Positions 21,342 through 30,658 of a stretch of DNA of 64,000 bases are shown here, piece by piece. Each line of letters opens with the position of its first letter. The first letter of the stretch is position 1. The stretch is from the NCBI RefSeq assembly GCF_054482525.1, contig NZ_CM137006.1. One strand, written 5' to 3'. Both the position numbers and the translations under genes were made by a program. The notes beneath the pieces are model-generated. The model saw only the letters and a program-made list of their open reading frames with translations, had not been told where the DNA came from and did no database searches.

Positions 21342-24300
21342 TTATTCAAACAGGGCTTCAATATCGTTAATTAGCTCGCTGGCGGTGATGGCATCGAGTA
21401 CGGAGAGCTGCGCTTCCTGTGTTGAATTACTCCTCCAGCCATAGCTTTCTGCTTTGCCTTCCCATAGCCACAGCTTGCTTAAGATTTGCTCGGCACTCAG
21501 TTCGGCTGGTGACATACCCACCGCAAAACCTTCATCGATTTCCATGATTAACGACCAGCGGCCCAGAGGTTTGATCATCCAGCCGATCCAGCCTGCATCC
21601 AGCGGGGTGCCCTTTATCCAACCTTTATTCGCCAGTCCCATGACCCGACCGCTCGGGCATTTTCTGCCTGCCCAGCGGATCAATTCGCTGGCATTGCGCT
21701 CGGTTTCTGTCAGGGCGTAACTGTTACGGTCGAGCTGGCGAAACGGCGGTAGCAGTTCGTAGTCGGCAAAAAGCTGACCAAAGGCGGCAGCATCCGTGGG
21801 TGATATTTCCAGAACGTGAGGAATACCAACAGAGATATCGCCTTCCGGCGGGGTGAAAAGATCATCGTCAGCGGTGCTGTAGCTGTTATCTTCCGCCACG
21901 CGAAAGCAAGCCAGTAGCTCGTTTTCGGCGCTATAAACGCCCCAAATCAGACGGCGGGTTAAGTGACGAACCAGCGGATGCTCAACCAGGAAGAGCTGAA
22001 AGTTTTCCGGCGACCAGCGGCGGCGCAGGCACATGGCGGATTCCAGCCTTGCTACCTGCTGGGCGGCGACGGTACGCGCATCTTTTTTCAGCAATTTGTA
22101 GCGGTTAACAGCATCGTTCGCCTGTGATTCATCATCGCTTTTATTGGGTTTAGGTAAGTCTTTCAGGCGGCTGCCGGAAACATCGCGCACAAACGGTTTT
22201 AAGGTTTCATCAAAGCTGACGGTGAACTGCCGTGGGCCAAAATCCAGCAGCAGCGAACCGTTATCATCCAGACCGAGATCCGGTGCTAACCGGTCTTCAA
22301 GTTCCGCCACCGTGAGTTCGCGGCTCTCGGCAATGTCGGCAATTTTTTCTTTCGCCCGCTCCTGTAAGGCTTTGAATTTCAGTTTCTGGGCGATGCCGTT
22401 AAGCTGCATCAGGGCGATATCGCTGCCGATAGCAGCGAGAATATCCAACCCAACGGTGGCACGTTTATGCTGAGATTCGCCAGGCCAGGCGCGGATTAAT
22501 GGCGTCAGTTTGCGGGCGGCGTCATCGTTACCGAGAACGCCTAACGCAGTGAACGCCCAACTCTCTTTCGACGGCGCGCCAGCGGTCTGCCAGGCGGTAA
22601 ACAGATCCCAGGCAAATTCAGCCAGTGAGTCGGCGGTACAGGCATCTTTCACCTGCAATAATCCCGGATACAGCGCCTCCTCCTGATGGAAGCGGAGCAT
22701 TTCACCGAGGTGCTGGAGTGCGCTATCGGGCAGTGATTGGGCGCTTGCTTTTAATACCGGGCGGTTCCAGAGCGATGGCTGATAAAAGGCCGGAAGAGTG
22801 GGGATTTTTGTCGGGTGATTATCTAAGGGATCGAGCGCAAGCAGAGCGTTCACCGCGTCTGTTACTTCCGGCTGGTTATAACGCCGGGCGATTTCTTGCA
22901 GTAATGGCTGATGACCGTTTTCGGTAAGCATACGCAAGGCAGCGCGGGCGTTATCCTGTGCTTCACCGGATTTGCCGAGCGCCGAAGGTAGCAGGCCGGT
23001 AATGGCGTGTTCCGGGTATTTCAGCAGCCAGGTGCGGGCGTCTTGTCGTAGGGTTTTGAGTTTGTTGAAGGCGCGGGCGATCAGTGGCGCTAATTCGATA
23101 GCCGCAAAATATTGTGCTACAGGCAGAGCTTCTTGTGGATAGCGTGAAAAGGAGTGAATAAAACCCTGTAACCCAGTGAGTTGCAGGTGCGTCATGACAA
23201 ACTCGACACCGACGTGTGGCTCTTTACTGAGGACATTCCACGCCTGCGCTGTCTTTTCGATAGGCAGGGTGGCTAACATGTAAAGCTGCCATTCCCGTTG
23301 ATAGGAGTGCCAGAAGGTTTTAAATTCGCTGATCAGCGCGGAATAATGTCCCCTTTGCCAGAGATCTATAGCAGCATCAGGCGCTTTCATATACTGGCCA
23401 TTATTCCAGCGATTGAAACCCAGACGTGCCAGGTAGTTCTGAATATCCTCTTTTTGGCCGATGTCTATTTGATGTGCGTGCCAGCGATGCCTTGCATGAA
23501 TCTCTTTTTCTGCCGTCTCGGTCAATGTGCAGCATGACTCCAACGATAATGGCGTTAAATCCAATACCGGTATAACAGATTTTTTCTTTTTCGAAAGCCA
23601 GGGCGGTGAGACTAATACGGCAGGCAGTAGATCGGCGCAGGCATGGTTTGAGGGCTGTGTCAGTTGTTGCAGGCATGCTTTCAGCACTGCAACTGCGGGT
23701 GTTGAGAGCCAGGGAGTGACCTGTTCTGCTAGTGCCGGTTGCGAGATAAGCATCGTCATTAGCATAATGCGCCAACTATTCTCTTCTTTTTGCGCAAGAA
23801 GTTCCGCCAGTGCCGCCAGTGCCGTGTGTGGGAACGCAGCGCAAGCCTTAGTCATTCGTTCATGGCAGCGTTTAGTTTTGCCAGACACACGTATAAGTAG
23901 CATTAATGCTTGTGGGTGATTGATCTCTGCGAGAATACTTCCGCAAAGATCAGCATAAGCATAGGGGGCGAAGCGAGCGATTCCGGCAATCCCTTGCTCC
24001 TGCAAAACGGTGACATTCCAGATGCAACCATGGTAATAGTCATTAAAAAGGTCGTACGCGCAATAAGATTCCAGTGCTTTGAGCAAGGAAGATTCTTGTA
24101 CAACAAGTTTCAGCCATTCAACAGTTTGGATATTTTTCTGCTCCAGTAACCGTCGTGCGATTTCTTCTGCAATCTCCGGGCGTTCCGGTAGCATTAGCGC
24201 TACCATCGGTTGTTGAACGGGAGGAATATCAGGCAAAGCTGTAATGAATTTATCTACACAGCGTTGCCACAAAGTTTCTTCTGCTAGAGCCAAATGTTTA

Positions 24301-25091
24301 CGCAGTCGAACGTCAAAGGGGGTAACACAATGTGCATGGTTTAATAATGGCTGAAAAGTAATGTGTATGCTTATTCTGTGATAAGTGCAATCGAACGAGA
24401 TATATTGCATGGCAATAAACATATCCACGGCAAATTCTAGTCCGTAGACATAGACAATTTCATCCATGAGTTCAGGGCATTCGTCCCAGAATTTACGTGA
24501 AACCAGAACAACCTGTACAGCCAACGCAGCAGGAGAAAGTGGACCATTAGCGAGAGCTTCATTGATATTCTGCTGCCAGTTAGCAGAACATGCACTGAAA
24601 TCGTATGTTGTTATTTTTCCTGATAGATTATGAATATCCTGACCTAAATTCATAAGGAGGCTGTCTTGTGGTTCGCTTACAGCATCCCCAGGAAAACGTC
24701 GGGAAGGTAAGGCCTCCTGAGACTTTTTCTCCGATAGATGGATAGTGGAATCATCTGTCAGCCACGGGCATGGTGTCTCAGCAGGTTCAGCAACCATACT
24801 TTGGTCAAATACGACTGTGGTTTCTGCCACGCCAGTTGTATCTACTTCGATCGTTTCTATTTTGATTGCGGGTTGGGATGGCGAAGATAATTCTTCCACA
24901 TACCCCTTCTTCACCTTCTCCGCAATCAGCTTCAGTCCCGCTTTTTCCGCCGCTGCTGCATCCGCAAAGCTTTTTACCTGGTTTTGCCCTTTGGTGCCAA
25001 CTTTTCCCCAACAGATATGCAACTCGTTTCCCTGTTGCTCCACCGCCCAGAATTTATGTGATTTTTCGTCCTGAAAGATAAAGTGCCTCAT
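21342..25091 (-). CDS. molR: WGR-domain plus DUF4132 protein (historical name: molybdate metabolism regulator), apparently intact
   Basis: 1249-aa uninterrupted ORF. The N-terminal WGR-like domain reads MRHFIFQDEKSHKFWAVEQQGNELHICWGKVGTKGQ. It is a paralog of yehI. Confidence 0.75.
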   Translation of the reverse strand: MRHFIFQDEKSHKFWAVEQQGNELHICWGKVGTKGQNQVKSFADAAAAEKAGLKLIAEKVKKGYVEELSSPSQPAIKIETIEVDTTGVAETTVVFDQSMVAEPAETPCPWLTDDSTIHLSEKKSQEALPSRRFPGDAVSEPQDSLLMNLGQDIHNLSGKITTYDFSACSANWQQNINEALANGPLSPAALAVQVVLVSRKFWDECPELMDEIVYVYGLEFAVDMFIAMQYISFDCTYHRISIHITFQPLLNHAHCVTPFDVRLRKHLALAEETLWQRCVDKFITALPDIPPVQQPMVALMLPERPEIAEEIARRLLEQKNIQTVEWLKLVVQESSLLKALESYCAYDLFNDYYHGCIWNVTVLQEQGIAGIARFAPYAYADLCGSILAEINHPQALMLLIRVSGKTKRCHERMTKACAAFPHTALAALAELLAQKEENSWRIMLMTMLISQPALAEQVTPWLSTPAVAVLKACLQQLTQPSNHACADLLPAVLVSPPWLSKKKKSVIPVLDLTPLSLESCCTLTETAEKEIHARHRWHAHQIDIGQKEDIQNYLARLGFNRWNNGQYMKAPDAAIDLWQRGHYSALISEFKTFWHSYQREWQLYMLATLPIEKTAQAWNVLSKEPHVGVEFVMTHLQLTGLQGFIHSFSRYPQEALPVAQYFAAIELAPLIARAFNKLKTLRQDARTWLLKYPEHAITGLLPSALGKSGEAQDNARAALRMLTENGHQPLLQEIARRYNQPEVTDAVNALLALDPLDNHPTKIPTLPAFYQPSLWNRPVLKASAQSLPDSALQHLGEMLRFHQEEALYPGLLQVKDACTADSLAEFAWDLFTAWQTAGAPSKESWAFTALGVLGNDDAARKLTPLIRAWPGESQHKRATVGLDILAAIGSDIALMQLNGIAQKLKFKALQERAKEKIADIAESRELTVAELEDRLAPDLGLDDNGSLLLDFGPRQFTVSFDETLKPFVRDVSGSRLKDLPKPNKSDDESQANDAVNRYKLLKKDARTVAAQQVARLESAMCLRRRWSPENFQLFLVEHPLVRHLTRRLIWGVYSAENELLACFRVAEDNSYSTADDDLFTPPEGDISVGIPHVLEISPTDAAAFGQLFADYELLPPFRQLDRNSYALTETERNASELIRWAGRKCPSGRVMGLANKGWIKGTPLDAGWIGWMIKPLGRWSLIMEIDEGFAVGMSPAELSAEQILSKLWLWEGKAESYGWRSNSTQEAQLSVLDAITASELINDIEALFE

Positions 25092-25180
25092 TCTGCATCC
25101 CTGTAATTTTATCCAGTTGAATGCTGATGCTACCAGTATTTATGCGGGTTAGAGAGAGACAAAATCGCAAGAAAACAACT

Positions 25181-25210
25181 TTAGGAATTTATAAAGAAAA
25201 GGCGCTGTCG
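25181..25210 (-). terminator. rho-independent terminator downstream of metG
   Basis: Minus-strand hairpin ggcgctgt-atcg-acagcgcc followed by uuuucuuuau. Confidence 0.55.
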
Positions 25211-25231
25211 ATACAGCGCCTTGAAAGGAGA

Positions 25232-27265
25232 TTATTTCACCTGATGACCCGGTTTAGCACCGGCATCCGGGCTTAGCAGGAAAATATCTTTCCCGCCAGG
25301 ACCGGCAGCCATCACCATGCCTTCGGAGATACCGAAGCGCATTTTACGTGGTGCCAGGTTAGCCACCATAATGGTGTGACGACCAATCAGTGCCTGCGGA
25401 TCCGGGTAAGCAGAACGAATGCCGGAGAAGACATTGCGTTTTTCACCGCCGAGATCCAGCGTCAGGCGCAGCAGTTTGTCAGAACCTTCAACAAACTCTG
25501 CGTTTTCAATCAGTGCCACGCGCAGGTCAACTTTGGCGAAGTCATCAAAGGTGATAGTTTCCTGGATTGGATCGTCAGCCAGCGGGCCAGTTACCGGCGC
25601 GGCAGCGGCTTTTACTTCTTCTTTAGATGCTTCCACCAGTGCTTCAACCTGCTTCATATCGATGCGGTTATACAGCGCCTTGAACGGATTCACTTTATGG
25701 CCCAACAGCGGTTGCTGGATACCATGCCAGGTCAGTTCTGTATTGAGGAATGCTTCTGCACGCTCGGTCAGTTTCGGCAGTACCGGCTTCAGGTAAGTCA
25801 TCAGCACGCGGAACAGGTTGATGCCCATCGAGCAAATTGCCTGCAGGTCGGCATCGCGGTCTTCCTGTTTCGCCACCACCCACGGAGCCTGTTCATCGAC
25901 ATAGCGGTTAGCCAGATCAGCCAGCGCCATAATTTCGCGTACTGCTTTACCAAATTCGCGGCTTTCCCACGCTTCACCAATCACTTCAGCGGCATCAGTG
26001 AAGGTTTTGTACAGTTGCGGGTCAGCCAGTTCGCTTGCCAGCACACCGTCAAAACGCTTGTTGATAAAGCCAGCGTTACGGGAGGCCAGGTTAACCACTT
26101 TATTCACGATATCGGCATTCACGCGCTGAACGAAATCTTCCAGGTTGAGATCGATATCATCAATGCGCGAAGAGAGTTTCGCAGTGTAGTAGTAACGCAG
26201 GCTGTCAGCGTCAAAATGATTCAGCCAGGTGCTGGCTTTAATAAAGGTGCCGCGAGACTTGGACATCTTCGCGCCGTTCACCGTCACATAGCCATGAACA
26301 AACAGGTTAGTCGGCTTGCGGAAGTTGCTGCCTTCCAGCATGGCAGGCCAGAACAGGCTGTGGAAGTAAACGATATCTTTACCGATGAAGTGGTACAGCT
26401 CGGCGGTGGAATCTTTCTTCCAGTATTCATCGAAGCTGGTGGTGTCGCCGCGTTTGTCGCACAGATTCTTGAAGGAACCCATGTAGCCAATCGGCGCGTC
26501 CAGCCAGACGTAGAAATATTTGCCCGGTGCGTTCGGAATTTCAAAACCGAAGTACGGCGCATCGCGGGAGATATCCCACTGTTGCAGGCCAGATTCAAAC
26601 CACTCCTGCATTTTGTTTGCCACCTGCTCCTGCAACGCACCGCTGCGGGTCCATGCCTGCAACATTTCGCTGAAAGAGGGCAGATCAAAGAAGAAGTGTT
26701 CAGAATCACGCATTACCGGCGTAGCACCAGAAACCACCGATTTCGGCTCGATCAATTCAGTCGGGCTGTAGGTCGCGCCGCAGACTTCGCAGTTATCGCC
26801 GTATTGATCCGGGGATTTACATTTCGGGCAGGTGCCTTTCACAAAACGGTCCGGTAGGAACATGCCTTTTTCCGGATCGTACAGCTGAGAAATAGTGCGG
26901 TTTTTAATAAAACCGTTTTCTTTCAGGCGAGAGTAGATAAGTTCTGACAACTGGCGGTTCTCTTCGCTGTGCGTCGAGTGATAGTTGTCATAGCTGATGT
27001 TAAAGCCTGCGAAATCAGTCTGATGCTCCTGACTCATTTCGCCAATCATCTGCTCCGGGGTGATACCGAGCTGCTGAGCTTTCAGCATGATCGGTGTACC
27101 GTGGGCATCGTCGGCGCAGATGAAGTTGACCTCGTGGCCGCGCATTCGCTGGTAACGGACCCAGACATCAGCCTGGATGTGCTCCAGCATATGGCCGAGG
27201 TGGATTGAGCCGTTAGCGTACGGCAGTGCGCACGTCACCAGAATTTTCTTCGCGACTTGAGTCAT
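25232..27265 (-). CDS. metG: methionyl-tRNA synthetase
   Basis: 677 aa from [25 protein letters not shown] (HIGH motif). KMSKS is present. The C-terminal tRNA-binding domain is there. Confidence 0.92.
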   Translation of the reverse strand: MTQVAKKILVTCALPYANGSIHLGHMLEHIQADVWVRYQRMRGHEVNFICADDAHGTPIMLKAQQLGITPEQMIGEMSQEHQTDFAGFNISYDNYHSTHSEENRQLSELIYSRLKENGFIKNRTISQLYDPEKGMFLPDRFVKGTCPKCKSPDQYGDNCEVCGATYSPTELIEPKSVVSGATPVMRDSEHFFFDLPSFSEMLQAWTRSGALQEQVANKMQEWFESGLQQWDISRDAPYFGFEIPNAPGKYFYVWLDAPIGYMGSFKNLCDKRGDTTSFDEYWKKDSTAELYHFIGKDIVYFHSLFWPAMLEGSNFRKPTNLFVHGYVTVNGAKMSKSRGTFIKASTWLNHFDADSLRYYYTAKLSSRIDDIDLNLEDFVQRVNADIVNKVVNLASRNAGFINKRFDGVLASELADPQLYKTFTDAAEVIGEAWESREFGKAVREIMALADLANRYVDEQAPWVVAKQEDRDADLQAICSMGINLFRVLMTYLKPVLPKLTERAEAFLNTELTWHGIQQPLLGHKVNPFKALYNRIDMKQVEALVEASKEEVKAAAAPVTGPLADDPIQETITFDDFAKVDLRVALIENAEFVEGSDKLLRLTLDLGGEKRNVFSGIRSAYPDPQALIGRHTIMVANLAPRKMRFGISEGMVMAAGPGGKDIFLLSPDAGAKPGHQVK

Positions 27266-27396
27266 AGTAGGCATTACTTCTTAATAGTGAAAAGGGGTTA
27301 GATAGTACCAAATGGGAAAATGTTAAGTAAGTACTTCTCTATATTCTTCAGGTAAACTATCAGCTGATGGTTTATCTATACAAAAAAGGAGTCGGG

Positions 27397-28506
27397 ATGA
27401 ACGAACAATCCCAGGCCAAATCACCAGAAGCCTTGCGCGCAATGGTCGCCGGGACACTGGCCAATTTTCAGCACCCAACCCTGAAGCATAACCTCACCAC
27501 GCTGAAAGCGTTGCACCATGTCGCCTGGATGGACGACACGTTGCATGTGGAACTGGTTATGCCATTCGTCTGGCATAGCGCGTTCGAAGAGTTAAAAGAG
27601 CAATGTAGCGCCGAACTGCTGCGCATCACCGGGGCGAAAGCTATCGACTGGAAACTGTCGCACAATATCGCCACCTTAAAACGCGTGAAGAATCAGCCGG
27701 GAATTAACGGCGTGAAGAACATCATTGCGGTCAGCTCCGGTAAAGGCGGCGTGGGTAAATCCTCCACGGCGGTAAACCTGGCGCTGGCACTGGCGGCGGA
27801 AGGGGCGAAAGTCGGCATTCTGGACGCCGATATCTACGGCCCATCAATCCCCACCATGCTGGGCGCAGAAAATCAGCGTCCAACTTCGCCGGACGGTACC
27901 CATATGGCACCGATTATGTCTCATGGACTGGCAACCAATTCAATTGGTTATCTGGTCACTGACGACAATGCGATGGTGTGGCGTGGTCCGATGGCGAGCA
28001 AGGCGTTAATGCAGATGTTGCAGGAAACCTTGTGGCCGGATCTCGACTATCTGGTGCTTGATATGCCGCCAGGCACCGGTGACATTCAATTGACACTGGC
28101 ACAAAACATTCCAGTAACTGGCGCGGTAGTGGTCACCACCCCGCAGGACATTGCGTTGATCGATGCGAAAAAAGGCATTGTGATGTTCGAGAAAGTCGAG
28201 GTTCCGGTGCTCGGTATTGTCGAGAACATGAGTGTGCATATTTGCAGTAACTGTGGTCACCATGAACCGATTTTCGGTACCGGTGGTGCAGAGAAACTGG
28301 CCGAGAAATACCACACGCAGTTGCTGGGGCAGATGCCGTTACACATCTCCTTACGTGAAGATCTCGATAAAGGCACGCCAACGGTTATCAGCCGTCCGGA
28401 GAGCGAATTTACCGCTATCTACCGCCAGCTGGCTGACCGCGTTGCAGCCCAGCTTTATTGGCAGGGAGAAGTCATTCCTGGCGAGATTTCCTTCCGCGCG
28501 GTCTGA
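27397..28506 (+). CDS. apbC: Fe-S cluster carrier ATPase (Mrp/NBP35 family)
   Basis: 369 aa from MNEQSQAK. P-loop GKGGVGKS. CxxC motif (CSNCGHH). RBS aaggag. Divergent from metG. Confidence 0.9.
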   Translation: MNEQSQAKSPEALRAMVAGTLANFQHPTLKHNLTTLKALHHVAWMDDTLHVELVMPFVWHSAFEELKEQCSAELLRITGAKAIDWKLSHNIATLKRVKNQPGINGVKNIIAVSSGKGGVGKSSTAVNLALALAAEGAKVGILDADIYGPSIPTMLGAENQRPTSPDGTHMAPIMSHGLATNSIGYLVTDDNAMVWRGPMASKALMQMLQETLWPDLDYLVLDMPPGTGDIQLTLAQNIPVTGAVVVTTPQDIALIDAKKGIVMFEKVEVPVLGIVENMSVHICSNCGHHEPIFGTGGAEKLAEKYHTQLLGQMPLHISLREDLDKGTPTVISRPESEFTAIYRQLADRVAAQLYWQGEVIPGEISFRAV

Positions 28507-28768
28507 CGCGCATTAACCTTTTTGGTTGTTTTTCATACACCGCAGAGATGTTACATTGATGCGGTGTATTTGTTTTTGCCGCATTAATGAACACTTATTT
28601 AATGCTGTGAATATTCTGCGGACCTTCGTCCGAAACTCTATAAAGTCGATTGATCGTACAGGCAATGCTTCATTATCATCCTTCGTGGCTGTGTAGTGGA
28701 TGTACAGCTATAGTTTGTTATGCACTCATTCTATCCAGGCATAACCTTTACTACAGGGATAACGTTCA

Positions 28769-29050
28769 ATGAATAAGTACTGGCTGTCAGGAATTATTTT
28801 TCTTGCCTATGGAATGGCTTCTCCCGCGTTCTCTTCACAGACTGCCACATTAACGATTAATGGCAGGATCAGTCCCCCAACATGCAGTATGGTTATGGTT
28901 AATGGTCAACCTCAACAGCATTGTGGTCAGTTAACGTATGATGTTGATACCCGTCATCAGGTTTCTTCGCCAGTCAAAGGTGTAACGACAGAAGTGGTTG
29001 TTGCAGGTAGCGATAGCAAACGTCGAATCGTGTTAAATCGCTACGATTAA
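28769..29050 (+). CDS. yehE: small secreted protein upstream of the yeh fimbrial operon
   Basis: 93 aa with a signal peptide. Position supports the call. Confidence 0.65.
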   Translation: MNKYWLSGIIFLAYGMASPAFSSQTATLTINGRISPPTCSMVMVNGQPQQHCGQLTYDVDTRHQVSSPVKGVTTEVVVAGSDSKRRIVLNRYD

Positions 29051-29081
29051 TTTGCCACCCTGGTTTTTTAATCGGATTTAG

Positions 29082-29121
29082 AAAGCTGAAATCATTCGTG
29101 TGAATGATTTCAGCTTTTTTA
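29082..29121 (+). terminator. rho-independent terminator after yehE
   Basis: 16-bp perfect stem aaagctgaaatcattc / gaatgatttcagcttt followed by a T-run. Confidence 0.65.
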
Positions 29122-29345
29122 TTGATATCAATAATACCATTTACAAAAATCTGCATTAATTAATAGATGTGATAAATATTTAATATGCTTAAGTATTTGT
29201 TGTATTTATATTGCAATAGTTAATTTGTTTTAAATCAATAAAACAATATGTTTACATTGCGGCAACTTTTTTGATGTGAGAAATTTGTTTCCAAGAGATA
29301 CAGACTCTTAACAACCAAAAAATAAATTTTATTAAGGAACATATT

Positions 29346-29888
29346 ATGAAACGTTCAATTATTGCTGCCGCTGTCTTTTCTTCTTTTTTTATGAGCGCTG
29401 GGGTATTTGCCGCAGACGTTGATACCGGAACATTAACCATTAAAGGGAATATTGCAGAATCTCCGTGTAAATTCGAAGCGGGTGGCGACTCAGTAAGTAT
29501 TAATATGCCAACTGTACCAACCACTGTCTTTGAAGGTAAAGCTAAATACTCGACCTATGATGATGCAGTCGGTGTAACCAGCAGCATGTTAAAAATTAGC
29601 TGTCCGAAAGAAGTTGCTGGTGTAAAACTCTCGTTGATTACCAACGATAAAATAACCGGAAACGATAAGGCGATAGCCAGTAGCAACGATACCGTGGGGT
29701 ACTATCTCTATTTAGGTGATAACAGCGATGTCCTGGATGTTTCTGCACCTTTTAACATTGAGAGTTATAAAACAGCGGAAGGTCAATATGCTATTCCGTT
29801 TAAAGCAAAATACCTGAAGCTGACAGATAATTCAGTGCAATCAGGTGATGTGTTATCTTCTCTGGTTATGCGTGTGGCGCAGGATTAA
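29346..29888 (+). CDS. yehD: fimbrial major subunit (chaperone–usher pathway)
   Basis: 180 aa with a signal peptide, a Cys pair, and the C-terminal beta-strand motif typical of pilins. It sits after a long AT-rich regulatory region. Confidence 0.8.
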   Translation: MKRSIIAAAVFSSFFMSAGVFAADVDTGTLTIKGNIAESPCKFEAGGDSVSINMPTVPTTVFEGKAKYSTYDDAVGVTSSMLKISCPKEVAGVKLSLITNDKITGNDKAIASSNDTVGYYLYLGDNSDVLDVSAPFNIESYKTAEGQYAIPFKAKYLKLTDNSVQSGDVLSSLVMRVAQD

Positions 29889-29924
29889 TAAATAAAATTT
29901 CAAGTTTCTCCAGGTAATAAACAT

Positions 29925-29950
29925 GGCCGCTATCCCCATGGCGGCCTTTT
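29925..29950 (+). terminator. hairpin plus T-run between the pilin and chaperone genes (likely partial terminator/attenuator)
   Basis: ggccgc-N10-gcggcc followed by tttt. Such an element is typical of fimbrial operons, where it tunes subunit to chaperone ratios. Confidence 0.4.
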
Positions 29951-29968
29951 AATTTAAGAGGCATTAAG

Positions 29969-30643
29969 ATGAAAGGATTATTAGCTTTACTCATTTCTTC
30001 TATGGTCCTTCCTGCACATGCCGGTATTGTTATCTACGGGACGCGTATTATTTACCCGGCAGAAAATAAAGAAGTGATGGTGCAGTTGATGAATCAGGGA
30101 AACCGTTCTTCGCTGCTGCAGGCGTGGATTGATGATGGTGATACGTCGTTACCACCAGAAAAAATTCAGGTTCCTTTCATGTTAACGCCACCAGTGGCAA
30201 AAATAGGGGCAAATTCCGGGCAGCAAGTAAAAATCAAAATTATGCCGAATAAACTGCCCACTAATAAAGAGAGCATTTTTTATCTGAATGTTCTGGATAT
30301 TCCACCAAATAGTCCAGAGCAAGAGGGCAAGAATGCACTGAAATTTGCAATGCAAAACAGAATAAAATTGTTTTACCGGCCTGCGGGTATTGCACCGGTA
30401 AATAAAGCGACATTTAAAAAGTTACTGGTAAATCGCAGTGGCAATGGATTGGTGATAAAAAATGACGCAGCAAATTGGGTGACGATTTCGGATGTCAAAG
30501 CTAATAATGTCAAAGTCAATTATGAAACTATTATGATTGCCCCCTTAGAAAGTCAGAGTATTAATGTCAAAAGTAATAATGCGAATAACTGGTATCTGAC
30601 CATTATCGATGACCATGGCAACTATATTAGTGACAAAATTTAA
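29969..30643 (+). CDS. yehC: periplasmic pilus chaperone (PapD-like)
   Basis: 224 aa with a signal peptide and PapD fold motifs. RBS aagagg. Confidence 0.8.
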   Translation: MKGLLALLISSMVLPAHAGIVIYGTRIIYPAENKEVMVQLMNQGNRSSLLQAWIDDGDTSLPPEKIQVPFMLTPPVAKIGANSGQQVKIKIMPNKLPTNKESIFYLNVLDIPPNSPEQEGKNALKFAMQNRIKLFYRPAGIAPVNKATFKKLLVNRSGNGLVIKNDAANWVTISDVKANNVKVNYETIMIAPLESQSINVKSNNANNWYLTIIDDHGNYISDKI

Positions 30644-30658
30644 TTGCAGGAGCTGCCT

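Noticed and set aside
25376-26857. 493-aa ORF on the plus strand inside metG (and many similar long antisense ORFs inside bglX, yehX, yehQ, yehM, molR)
   Set aside because: They lie entirely within well-supported conserved genes on the opposite strand. They have low-complexity Arg/Ser/Ala-rich translations typical of shadow ORFs in GC-rich coding DNA and no RBS.
29051-29345. AT-rich 300-bp region upstream of yehD considered as an invertible fimbrial switch (fimS-like)
   Set aside because: No flanking inverted repeats of 9 bp or more and no nearby recombinase gene were found by eye. It is more likely an H-NS-silenced promoter region.
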